In this document: positions 37,608 through 46,240 of the stretch, piece after piece
Position numbering within the stretch: position 1 is the first letter of the stretch
Layout of the letters: each line of letters begins with the position of its first letter
Source of the DNA: an uncultured Bacilli bacterium
GTDB taxonomy: Bacteria > Bacillota_I > Bacilli_A > RF39 > UBA660
Length of the DNA stretch: 64,000 nt
Direction of reading: 5' to 3'
Assembly (NCBI GenBank): GCA_934085595.1
Contig: CAKOHK010000005.1
Span: 12,147 to 76,146, forward strand
Notes under the pieces: generated by a model
What the model was told of the DNA's origin: nothing
The model's database searches: none
Seen by the model: only the letters and a program-made list of their open reading frames with translations
Translations under genes and position numbers: made by a program

Positions 37608-38282
37608 TTAAATAATATTTTTCTCTTCTATATTATCATTAAACTTATATACTTTAGCAGGCTTAGTACCTCTAAATATAGCTTGCTCATTAATATCTCT
37701 AATTATGTTAGAAGTAATCATTTTCTTTCTAAAGTTTCTTCTATCTAATTTTCTTTCTAAAATAGTTTCACATACGCCCTGTAATTCAGGTAATGTAAAC
37801 TCATATGGAAAGAATCCCTTTAATATATTTGTTTTAACTATTCTTTTCTTAAGTTCAAGAGTGGCACGATCAAATATCTCATTATGATCATAAGCCATAG
37901 TTGGCATATCTTTTATATCAAACCACCCAGCATCACATGTTTTAAGTGTATCCTTTAATATAGTTACAGTTTTAGCATCTATAATACCTATAAAACCAAA
38001 CGCAATCATTCTCTTAAGCGGAGATCTATTTATATTATCAAAGTAATCATAGAAAAATAAATTATCATTCACAATCCCAGTTTTTTCAGCAAGTTCTCTT
38101 TTAGCGGCATTCATAATAGTTTCATTATTATACATAGCTCCACCAGGTAAAGCCCATAGTCCATAAAAAGGTTCATTTTTTCTCTTAACAAGTAGCACTC
38201 TTGTTACACCTTTAATTACAGTAAATAAACAAATATTTACATGTATACCAATATTATTATATAAAGGATTCTTAAGTTCCAT
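37608..38282 (-). CDS. NrtR-like Nudix-related transcriptional regulator
   Basis: The likely start is MELKNPLY at 38282 (GGAGTG upstream); the ORF extends to 38324. Nudix box GGAMYNNETIMNAAKRELAEKTG plus a C-terminal winged-helix signature FTLPELQGVCETILERKLDRRNFRKK. Confidence 0.7.
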   Translation of the reverse strand: MELKNPLYNNIGIHVNICLFTVIKGVTRVLLVKRKNEPFYGLWALPGGAMYNNETIMNAAKRELAEKTGIVNDNLFFYDYFDNINRSPLKRMIAFGFIGIIDAKTVTILKDTLKTCDAGWFDIKDMPTMAYDHNEIFDRATLELKKRIVKTNILKGFFPYEFTLPELQGVCETILERKLDRRNFRKKMITSNIIRDINEQAIFRGTKPAKVYKFNDNIEEKNII

Positions 38283-38357
38283 AATAATCACTCCTAATAT
38301 AATTATAGTGTAATTACTACACAAGTCAAATACTTTTTAAAAAACAAATCACATTTC

Positions 38358-38400
38358 AATAAAAAAGTTCTAAATCTTAAACATATAAGATAAAGAACTT
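38358..38400 (-). terminator. rho-independent terminator after the 38408..40474 gene
   Basis: Imperfect hairpin aagttctaaatctta-aacata-taagataaagaactt (38365-38400), followed on the minus strand by TTTTTT. Confidence 0.5.
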
Positions 38401-38407
38401 AAATATA

Positions 38408-40474
38408 TTAATTTTTAACTGTAAATATAGTTTTACCTGCTTCATTATTAAACTTATCTGCTTCATCTTGGCTACGAGCATAACCATTTTTTATTTTACT
38501 AGACAAAAACATATCACTCATATCTGTTACGTTTGATGTATCAAAACTACTTAAATCCAAACTTGTAGCACGACTAAAAGAAAACATACTACTCATATTA
38601 GTTACTTTTGATGTATCAAAATTACTTAAATCTAAACTTGTTGCTTGACTCTCTCTAAACATATAACTCATATCAGTTACATTTGATGTATTAAAATTGC
38701 TTAAATTTAAACTAGTTGCTTGACTGCCATAGAACATTTTATACATAGCAGTTACTTTTGATGTATCAAAACTACTTAAATCGAGGCTTGTTGCTTTACT
38801 ATTATTAAACATACCTTCCATATTAGTTACATTAGAAGTATCAAAACTACTTAAATCCATACTTGTAGCTTGACTACCTGAAAACATATAATTCATATCT
38901 GTTATGTTTGATGTATCAAAACTACTTAAATCTAAACTTGTTGCTTGACTACCTGAAAACATAAGACCCATAATAGTTACATTAGTAGTGTTAAAACTTC
39001 TTAAATTTAATGTTGTGGCTTGACTATTTTCAAACATACAGCCCATATTAGTTACTTTTGATGTATCAAAACTACTTAAATCTAAACTTGTAGCTTGACT
39101 CCACTCAAACATAAAACTCATATCTGTTACGTTTGATGTATCAAAATTACTCAAATCTAAGCTAGTGGCTTTACTGCCATCAAACATAAAACTCATATCT
39201 GTTACTTTTGATGTATCAAAACTACTTAAATCTAAACTTGTCACTTTACTATCTCTAAACATATTACTCATATCTGTTATGTTTGATGTATCAAAACTAC
39301 TTAAATCTAAACTTGTAGCTTGACTATTTCTAAACATATTACTCATATTAGTTACTTTTGATGTATCAAAACTACCTAAATCTATACTAGTGGCTTGACT
39401 TTGATAAAACATACCACTCATATCAGTTACATATTTATCATTAATCATATAACACAATTCAGTAGTTACTGGATCAGTCGATTCATGATCAGTTAAATAA
39501 ACATGCCATCCATTTGTATCAGAATCAAAAACGTATCCATATTGTCCATCTACAAATGTTGTAGCCCCTTCATCAGTTGAACATCTTCTTTGACCTTTAA
39601 TATATAAGTTATTTATATCACTATCACTTAATTTTACATTAAGTGTTATATTCTCTTTTTTAGCTTTAATGTTATATTTATTATCAGTTTGAATAGTACT
39701 ATTAGTTCCACCCATTAATTTAATTGATGTATTTATTGTATTATTATTCTTATTAATATCTAAACTATGATTTCCAAGTTCTACATCATTAAATATTACT
39801 GTACCCTTTTCATCAGTAGTTCCCGTCATTGGATTAGAATGAAGTGTTACTTCACTATTCGCTACAGGTGTTCCATCTGCATTAGATATATTAAGTGTAA
39901 GATTATATGTATTGTAAGCAGGAACTATTCCAAGCACACCATAGAACTTTTTACCTTGATTATAATTTTGAGGTTTATTTGTATAATTTATAAATTCAAT
40001 AGTTACAGTATATGTATGTGTTTCACCTGGTAATATAAGCACTGCTTCTTTATATGGATATAATACTTTATTAGTTTCAGCAATTACTTCTGCAGTTTCT
40101 GGAACAACAACATTATCAGTATTATCACATGTACCTCCAGTAGCTCCACTACTTGTACATTCACTTCTTATAACAAGTTCATTTTTTTGAATCTCATTAT
40201 ATAGTTTCTGCCAACCTAAAGTATAATAAGCTTCTTCATTACCAGTATTTACTACAGTAATAGTTTTAGTCATAATCCATCCAGGCTCTATATTAGTTGC
40301 TTTTACTTCTTTTCCATCAGTATATTTAAGTTCTAACTTTGTAGTATCCACATTTATTGTTTCAGCTACATCATTACCACTAACAGTTAAACTAAAATAA
40401 GCATATGTGAGACCAACTGTTAATAAAAATACTGCTACCAGCATACTTACAAACATAAACTTTTTATCTTTCAT
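38408..40474 (-). CDS. surface protein: SipW-type signal + TasA-like N-domain + beta-sandwich + DUF285/BspA-like repeats (paralog of 3278..5578)
   Basis: 688 aa. The first ~297 aa are near-identical to the 3278..5578 product. The C-terminal array has ~13 ATSLDLSSFDTSxVTxMSxMF units. Confidence 0.8.
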   Translation of the reverse strand: MKDKKFMFVSMLVAVFLLTVGLTYAYFSLTVSGNDVAETINVDTTKLELKYTDGKEVKATNIEPGWIMTKTITVVNTGNEEAYYTLGWQKLYNEIQKNELVIRSECTSSGATGGTCDNTDNVVVPETAEVIAETNKVLYPYKEAVLILPGETHTYTVTIEFINYTNKPQNYNQGKKFYGVLGIVPAYNTYNLTLNISNADGTPVANSEVTLHSNPMTGTTDEKGTVIFNDVELGNHSLDINKNNNTINTSIKLMGGTNSTIQTDNKYNIKAKKENITLNVKLSDSDINNLYIKGQRRCSTDEGATTFVDGQYGYVFDSDTNGWHVYLTDHESTDPVTTELCYMINDKYVTDMSGMFYQSQATSIDLGSFDTSKVTNMSNMFRNSQATSLDLSSFDTSNITDMSNMFRDSKVTSLDLSSFDTSKVTDMSFMFDGSKATSLDLSNFDTSNVTDMSFMFEWSQATSLDLSSFDTSKVTNMGCMFENSQATTLNLRSFNTTNVTIMGLMFSGSQATSLDLSSFDTSNITDMNYMFSGSQATSMDLSSFDTSNVTNMEGMFNNSKATSLDLSSFDTSKVTAMYKMFYGSQATSLNLSNFNTSNVTDMSYMFRESQATSLDLSNFDTSKVTNMSSMFSFSRATSLDLSSFDTSNVTDMSDMFLSSKIKNGYARSQDEADKFNNEAGKTIFTVKN
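38488..39415 (-). repeat. in-frame DUF285/BspA-like repeat array
   Basis: Regular ~72-75 nt periodicity (SQATSLDLSSFDTSNVTDMSxMF). Confidence 0.85.
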
Positions 40475-40500
40475 ACATGTACCTCTATTCTCTATTTATA

Positions 40501-40532
40501 ATTATATCAGTACCCCCCCCCCCCCATGTCAA
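40501..40532 (-). promoter_or_regulatory. promoter TTGACA-20 nt-TATAAT whose spacer contains a G13 (plus-strand C13) homopolymer
   Basis: On the minus strand, TTGACA lies at 40532-40527 and TATAAT at 40506-40501. The spacer at 40526-40507 reads TGGGGGGGGGGGGGTACTGA. The same leader as the paralogs follows. Confidence 0.6.
40513..40525. repeat. 13-nt C/G homopolymer tract
   Basis: Counted directly: 8 C at 40513-40520 plus 5 C at 40521-40525. This is exceptional in such an AT-rich sequence. Confidence 0.95.
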
Positions 40533-40584
40533 GTGGCAAACAAAAAGCAAACACTATAAGTTTAATGTTCACTTTAATTTTCAC

Positions 40585-40661
40585 TGGCGTCCCCGATTGG
40601 AATCGAACCAACGACCTATTGCTTAGGAGGCAATCGCTCTATCCTACTGAGCTACGAGGAC
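40585..40661 (-). tRNA. tRNA-Arg (anticodon CCT)
   Basis: The reverse complement reads GTCCTCGTAGCTCAGTAGGATAGAGCGATTGCCTCCTAAGCAATAGGTCGTTGGTTCGATTCCAATCGGGGACGCCA. It has a 7-bp acceptor stem, a GTTCGATTC T-loop, anticodon loop CT-CCT-AA and an encoded CCA. Confidence 0.9.
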
Positions 40662-40676
40662 AAAAAAGATATATAA

Positions 40677-41057
40677 TTATATCCATCTAGGTATATATAA
40701 GTTTCTAGTATACCCATCAAGATATTTATTATATAACATAATTATTGAATTTACTATATAAAGTAATATATCTTTTTCACCCTTAGGTGCTTTAAGTACC
40801 TTTAAATGATTATTTAAATTATTTCTAAATTCTCTATCATCAAAATATTTATTAACTGCATTATTAAGCGCAACAGCTCTTTTTAATGCATTTTTTTCTT
40901 TTTCATCAACACCGAATATATAAGATTGATATATCTGAATAACTTTATCACTCATCTTATCATTTTCACTAAATCTCTCATTTATAATCTTATAATAGTC
41001 TTTACAATATTTAATAATAATTTTATTTCTTAAAAACCTATTTTCCACTATAATCAC
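40677..41057 (-). CDS. hypothetical protein (126 aa)
   Basis: The ORF overlaps the rseP stop by 4 nt, so it is probably co-transcribed. No recognisable motifs. Confidence 0.45.
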   Translation of the reverse strand: MIIVENRFLRNKIIIKYCKDYYKIINERFSENDKMSDKVIQIYQSYIFGVDEKEKNALKRAVALNNAVNKYFDDREFRNNLNNHLKVLKAPKGEKDILLYIVNSIIMLYNKYLDGYTRNLYIPRWI

Positions 41058-42109
41058 CTAAATAATTTAGTTACATCATTATAAGTTACATAAAGCATAA
41101 GTATTATCATTATTAAAAATCCTATATAATTAAGTGCTATTTCTAATTTCTCACTTGGTTTCTTTTTACTAATAGTTTCTATAAGTAATAATAGTACTCT
41201 TCCACCATCAAATACTGGTACTGGTATTAAATTAATAATACCTACATTTAAACTTAAATATGCTATTAAGTATAGTATTGGTTGTAATCCTGATGATTTA
41301 ACTTGATCCACTATTGTATATATTCCAACAGGTCCGCTTAAATTATTAAGTGATACTTTTCCTGTAAATAAAGATCCTAATATTTTAAATATAGTATTTA
41401 CTGTATCCCCTGTTGCTTCTACTGAATATATAAGAGCATTCTTAAATCCTTTTTCATATCTAACAGCACTTGCTCCTACTCCAAATAATCTTTTTTCTGT
41501 ATCATCTTCCATTGTAACTTCTGGAACTACATCATATTTTTTAATACTTCCATCTGTTTTTTTAACTTCAAATACATAATTATCTTGTAATTTCTTAGCA
41601 CTTATCTCAAGAAGTATATCATCCCAACTATCTATTTTAGTATCATTTATTTTAAGAATAACATCTCCTACTTCAAGACCACTCTTAGCACATGGACTAC
41701 CATCAAGTATCATTCCAATACTTGTATCTTGTATACTTCTTCCATATATAAGTCCACTTATAAAGAATACTACTATAGCTAAAACAAAGTTCATAACTAT
41801 ACCCATTATAAGTACTAATAATCTTCTAATAAAACTCTTATTTTCAAGAACTCTATCTTTCTTTATACTTTTATCCATTCCATCTTTTTCTGCCATTGAC
41901 ACATATCCACCAACAGGAAAAGCACGAACACTATATGTTGTCTCACTCTTCTTAGGTTTAAACTTAAAAAGAAGTGGTCCCATTCCTAAAGAAAACTCAT
42001 TAACATACACTCCTGCCTTTTTAGCAGTTATAAAGTGACCCCATTCATGTATTAAAATAATTATTCCAAGTATAAATATAAGTATTAAAAGTGTAATTAT
42101 AAAGTTCAT
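41054..42109 (-). CDS. rseP: RIP zinc metalloprotease RseP/RasP (site-2 protease with PDZ domain)
   Basis: 351 aa. HEWGHF (HExxH) in TM1, a central PDZ-like domain and C-terminal NLIPVPVFDGG. Confidence 0.9.
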   Translation of the reverse strand: MNFIITLLILIFILGIIILIHEWGHFITAKKAGVYVNEFSLGMGPLLFKFKPKKSETTYSVRAFPVGGYVSMAEKDGMDKSIKKDRVLENKSFIRRLLVLIMGIVMNFVLAIVVFFISGLIYGRSIQDTSIGMILDGSPCAKSGLEVGDVILKINDTKIDSWDDILLEISAKKLQDNYVFEVKKTDGSIKKYDVVPEVTMEDDTEKRLFGVGASAVRYEKGFKNALIYSVEATGDTVNTIFKILGSLFTGKVSLNNLSGPVGIYTIVDQVKSSGLQPILYLIAYLSLNVGIINLIPVPVFDGGRVLLLLIETISKKKPSEKLEIALNYIGFLIMIILMLYVTYNDVTKLFR

Positions 42110-42118
42110 CTCATCCTC

Positions 42119-42907
42119 CTATAAAATATATATAATGATTAATAAAGCAAGACCAGCAATTAATACACTATCTACTCTATCAAGCACACCACCATGTCCA
42201 GGCATAATATGTCCATAATCTTTAACACCAAAACATCTCTTAATTAATGAAAATATTAAATCACCACATACTGCAAATAATGAAATAACAAAGCTAATTA
42301 ATATAACTGATAATAAACACATCTGACTATTAAATGTAGTAAAATAAGCACTTGATATAAATGTAGCAAAAACTACTCCTCCAATAAATCCTTCTATAGT
42401 TTTATTAGGTGAAATACTAGGACATAACTTATACTTACCTATTTGAGTCCCAAAGAAATGGGCAAATGTATCACACATAATAGTATTTATTATTAAATAC
42501 ATAAAATAATTAACACTTATATTTCTAATAAATACAAGCCCACCAAACCCTATACCAAGTAAATATATACTTCCAAGTAACATAAGTCCACTTACTATAT
42601 TATATTTATCACTTTTATAAAATAAAGCAGGAACTAATGTAACAATAACAGGTAATATAAACCATACAAATGGTATATCAAATGTATTATTAGCAGATAT
42701 TCTATCTATTAATAATATATAAACTATCATAGATAACAATCTAACTACCATAGGTATCTTTTTATCTTTAGATATTACATTTATCATTTCATATAACCCA
42801 AGTAACCCTATTATATATACTCCTATTTTAAACCATACACCACCTGCTATAATAAGTGGTAAAACAATAATAAGTGCTATTATCGCACTAATAACTCTTT
42901 TCTTCAT
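42119..42907 (-). CDS. cdsA: phosphatidate cytidylyltransferase
   Basis: 262 aa polytopic protein. C-terminal signature SLIKRCFGVKDYGHIMPGHGGVLDRVDS. Confidence 0.9.
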   Translation of the reverse strand: MKKRVISAIIALIIVLPLIIAGGVWFKIGVYIIGLLGLYEMINVISKDKKIPMVVRLLSMIVYILLIDRISANNTFDIPFVWFILPVIVTLVPALFYKSDKYNIVSGLMLLGSIYLLGIGFGGLVFIRNISVNYFMYLIINTIMCDTFAHFFGTQIGKYKLCPSISPNKTIEGFIGGVVFATFISSAYFTTFNSQMCLLSVILISFVISLFAVCGDLIFSLIKRCFGVKDYGHIMPGHGGVLDRVDSVLIAGLALLIIIYIL

Positions 42908-42947
42908 ATTAACTACTCTCCTAACTAATTATATCATATCTTTTATA

Positions 42948-44147
42948 TTAACCAACTATTTTTTTAATTTCTTTTTTTCTTTTTAAAGCATTATTTTCAG
43001 CACATATTCTTTGTACTATCGTAAATGATATAAACATAGCAAGTAAACTTGATCCTCCATAACTTAATAGTGGTAATGGTATACCTGTTAATGGTATTAA
43101 TCCTAAAACTCCTCCTAAGTTAATAAATATATGTACTAGAAAATATATTCCTATTCCAAAACATATTAATGAGTTTCTTAAATTATAACATTTAGTAGAT
43201 ACTAAAAATATATTATAAGCAATTCCCATATATCCTATTATTATTAATGATGATACTATTACTCCAAGTTCTTCTACTATAATTGGAAATATAAAGTCTG
43301 TATGACTTGCTGGTAAGTATAAATATTTTTGTGTTGAATTACCTATTCCTTTTCCAAATAATCCTCCATTATCTATAGCTATATATCCATTACATACTTG
43401 GTATCCACTTTCTTTTTCATATCTACTACATGGATTTACATAATTAAGTCTATTTAATATATAATTATCTCCCTCATAATCTCCTATAAATAAATAAGCA
43501 AACTTAAGCCCTAAGAAAACACATATCATTCCAAATACACATAGTATTTTAGTTATCTTAAAATATTTATCATTTGTTGGTACAAATAAAAACATAAACG
43601 CAACTATTAACATCATCGTAATCGCAGAACCTTTATCTCCACTTAAAGCTATAAAACTAATAGGTATTAAGCAAGGTAAAATTGGTAATACAAAATCAAA
43701 CTTATAATGTTTTTCTTTCTTACTAAAATCATAGTATGCTCCAGCTAAATAAAGTATCAATAATACTTTTATAAACTCTGCTGGCTGTAAAGACATAAAT
43801 CCAAGATTTAAAGTAACTTCATGATTTCCACTCTTAAATACAAACCCTTGAAATAATACAAAAAGTAAATAACATGATAATATTAATAGTCCCCACTTAC
43901 CTATAAAATAATATGATCTTGATTTAAAAAAATTAAGTATAACAAACGATGCAAATAACGCTATTATAAAACTAATAATCTGTCTTATAAAATAATAATA
44001 TGGTGTTCCTAAAGTTAATTTAGATGTTATACTTGATGCTGATAATATTAAAAATATACCTAAAATAGCGTACACTAAAGTTAAAATAAGAAGTCCCTTA
44101 TTCATATCTTTAAACATCAAATATAATTTTTTAAACATCCTCTTCAT
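42948..44147 (-). CDS. FtsW/RodA/SpoVE (SEDS) family peptidoglycan polymerase
   Basis: 399 aa, ~10 TM helices. SEDS landmarks QPAEFIK, LPASHTDFIF and LPLLSYGGSS. Confidence 0.85.
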   Translation of the reverse strand: MKRMFKKLYLMFKDMNKGLLILTLVYAILGIFLILSASSITSKLTLGTPYYYFIRQIISFIIALFASFVILNFFKSRSYYFIGKWGLLILSCYLLFVLFQGFVFKSGNHEVTLNLGFMSLQPAEFIKVLLILYLAGAYYDFSKKEKHYKFDFVLPILPCLIPISFIALSGDKGSAITMMLIVAFMFLFVPTNDKYFKITKILCVFGMICVFLGLKFAYLFIGDYEGDNYILNRLNYVNPCSRYEKESGYQVCNGYIAIDNGGLFGKGIGNSTQKYLYLPASHTDFIFPIIVEELGVIVSSLIIIGYMGIAYNIFLVSTKCYNLRNSLICFGIGIYFLVHIFINLGGVLGLIPLTGIPLPLLSYGGSSLLAMFISFTIVQRICAENNALKRKKEIKKIVG

Positions 44148-44268
44148 ATCTTATCATTATAATTATACATAAATTTATCTAATATATCAATAATCTATAA
44201 TGTTAGTTGTGTCAATAATTATACTTCTTCCATAAAATATTATAGATAAAAAGGGAGGTATTAATATT

Positions 44269-44454
44269 ATGTATTATTATGGTTATAATACTGGATATCC
44301 TGCTACTTATAGTTATGGATATAATGGTGGATATAATAACTTTGGTTATGGCGCAGCTATAATTCTTGTACTATTTATATTATTAGTTATAATTTTTGGA
44401 GCTGGTTTCTTTAATCAAGGATGGAATCAAAACAATAATTGTGGTTGTAATTAA
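44269..44454 (+). CDS. tiny Tyr/Gly/Asn-rich single-TM protein (YjcZ-like)
   Basis: 61 aa: a YGYN-rich head, then AAIILVLFILLVIIFG and a CGCN tail. GGGAGG RBS upstream. Resembles the tiny-TM YjcZ family of Bacilli. Confidence 0.55.
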   Translation: MYYYGYNTGYPATYSYGYNGGYNNFGYGAAIILVLFILLVIIFGAGFFNQGWNQNNNCGCN

Positions 44455-44521
44455 GTCTAGTAACTCTAGACTTTTTACATCTCTTTATGATAAAATAAAT
44501 TAATCAAAAAGGAGATGTATC

Positions 44522-45460
44522 ATGAACAAACAACAAATAATAGTTTTTAGAGTAAGTGATAATATCAAAGCTAAAATGATTGAATACTATGATTTATTAA
44601 GAAGAGAAAAAACTCCACCTTATGCTATATTTCAAGCTGAAGAAGGTGGTACTATAATTACTCTTTATGAAAGTGGTAAAGCTGTATTTCAAGGAATATC
44701 TGCTGATATAGATGCTAATATGTGGAAAGATCAAGAGCAGTTTTTAAATAATAGAAATGTAGATATAGAACTTAAAAATATAGAAAGTAAAAAGAATGAT
44801 AAAACTTATTATTACTATAGTGCTATTGGTAGTGATGAAGTTGGTACTGGTGACTATTTTGGTCCTATAATCGTAACTGCAACTTATGTTGATAAAAAAG
44901 ATATAAAGTTTTTAGAAGAACTTAAAATAACCGATTCTAAAAAAATGAATGATGAAAAGATATTAAGATGTGCTCCTATCATAATGAAAAAAATACCATA
45001 TGCTACATTTACTTTAACAAATAAAAAGTTTAATGAACTTACAAAAAAAGGCTTCAACATGAATAAAATAAAAACAATACTTCACAATAAAGTATTATAT
45101 GAACTTTCAAATAAAGGATATAACTATGAAAAAATAATTATAGATGAATTTGCAAGTCCAAGAAATTATTTTACTTATTTAAAACAAGAAAAAATAGAAG
45201 AAAAAGTTACTAAAATAGTATTTCTAACTAAAGGTGAAACTAAACATTTAAGTGTAGCCGCTGCTTCTGTTATAAGTAGATATAATTTCTTAAAAGAAAT
45301 GGATAAATTAAGTGAAAAATATGGTATCACTATTCCAAGGGGTTCAACTATTGATGCTGATATTGCTGCTAAAGAAATAGTTAAAAAATATGGCAAAGAT
45401 GAATTATATAAAATAGCTAAAGTATCATTTGCAAACACACAAAAAGTTCTAAAAAATTAG
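44522..45460 (+). CDS. rnhC: ribonuclease HIII
   Basis: 312 aa. N-terminal TBP-like domain plus an RNase H2-fold core with GSDEVGTGDYFGP and IIIDEF. AGGAGA RBS. Confidence 0.85.
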   Translation: MNKQQIIVFRVSDNIKAKMIEYYDLLRREKTPPYAIFQAEEGGTIITLYESGKAVFQGISADIDANMWKDQEQFLNNRNVDIELKNIESKKNDKTYYYYSAIGSDEVGTGDYFGPIIVTATYVDKKDIKFLEELKITDSKKMNDEKILRCAPIIMKKIPYATFTLTNKKFNELTKKGFNMNKIKTILHNKVLYELSNKGYNYEKIIIDEFASPRNYFTYLKQEKIEEKVTKIVFLTKGETKHLSVAAASVISRYNFLKEMDKLSEKYGITIPRGSTIDADIAAKEIVKKYGKDELYKIAKVSFANTQKVLKN

Positions 45461-45474
45461 AACTTTTTAATTTA

Positions 45475-46104
45475 CTATAATTTAGGTGCTTCTTCTTGTA
45501 CTTCTTCTCTTTTTTGAACATCACTTTTAATAAGTCCATTAAAGAAGTCATCCATATTTATTTTAGCTCCACTAGCAAGTTGCTCTGGTGTAAAACCACG
45601 AGGATTTATTAAATCATAATCAAGCATATCACACCACTCACCTACAGTTTTTAAATCTTCAAGTCCGTCAAGCACTGGCTTTTCTTGAGGTTTATCTTCT
45701 GTATCAAGTACTGGTTTACTCTTAAGTTCCACTTTTTCTTCATCAAGAATAGGTTTACTTCTAAGTTCAGTCCTATTTTTAACAGGTATTTCCTTTCCAT
45801 TATTATTGCTAGGTCCTAGATATTTATCAAACAAACTACCATATCTACTAACAATTCTAGCGGCATCTGTTTCATTATACCCATTACTCTTATACTCTTC
45901 ATATGATTTCTTAAGACTTAAAAAAGTATTCTTAACTACTTCTTGCTTATCACAAATAGCCTTCTTTTCTTCATCACTAAGTTCATCTTTTCTACTAATA
46001 TAATCTAAATATGCATTATTATTTTCATTTCCTAAAGCTTTTAAAGTTTCATACATTCTAGTAAGTAATTCCATATTTGGTTTATTTTCTTTTATCTTTC
46101 CCAT
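45475..46104 (-). CDS. hypothetical protein (209 aa)
   Basis: Long ORF with a good RBS (GGAGAG). Helical N-terminal half. Three KP(I/V)LD(E/T/G)x short repeats. No recognisable family. Confidence 0.5.
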   Translation of the reverse strand: MGKIKENKPNMELLTRMYETLKALGNENNNAYLDYISRKDELSDEEKKAICDKQEVVKNTFLSLKKSYEEYKSNGYNETDAARIVSRYGSLFDKYLGPSNNNGKEIPVKNRTELRSKPILDEEKVELKSKPVLDTEDKPQEKPVLDGLEDLKTVGEWCDMLDYDLINPRGFTPEQLASGAKINMDDFFNGLIKSDVQKREEVQEEAPKL

Positions 46105-46240
46105 AATACTCTCCTATTTCACAATAAAATTATAACATCTTAAAATACATAAAACAAGTATATTTTTTATCATATTTTATATTTAATATTGAAAGAGTTA
46201 TATTTTTAGGTTATAATAATTTATAGAATAGGAAGGGAAT

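Noticed and set aside
38488-39415. Highly regular ~72-75-nt periodic repeats (also at 3358-4522) that could superficially suggest a CRISPR array.
   Set aside because: The repeats are in frame within long ORFs and encode DUF285/BspA leucine-rich units. There are no unique spacers alternating with invariant repeats, and no cas genes in the window.
40533-40584. Possible small RNA or integration scar between the adhesin promoter and tRNA-Arg.
   Set aside because: The first 25 nt are simply part of the duplicated promoter-upstream block, which is also present at 5634-5658. The rest is AT-rich, with no stable structure or repeat of the tRNA 3' end.
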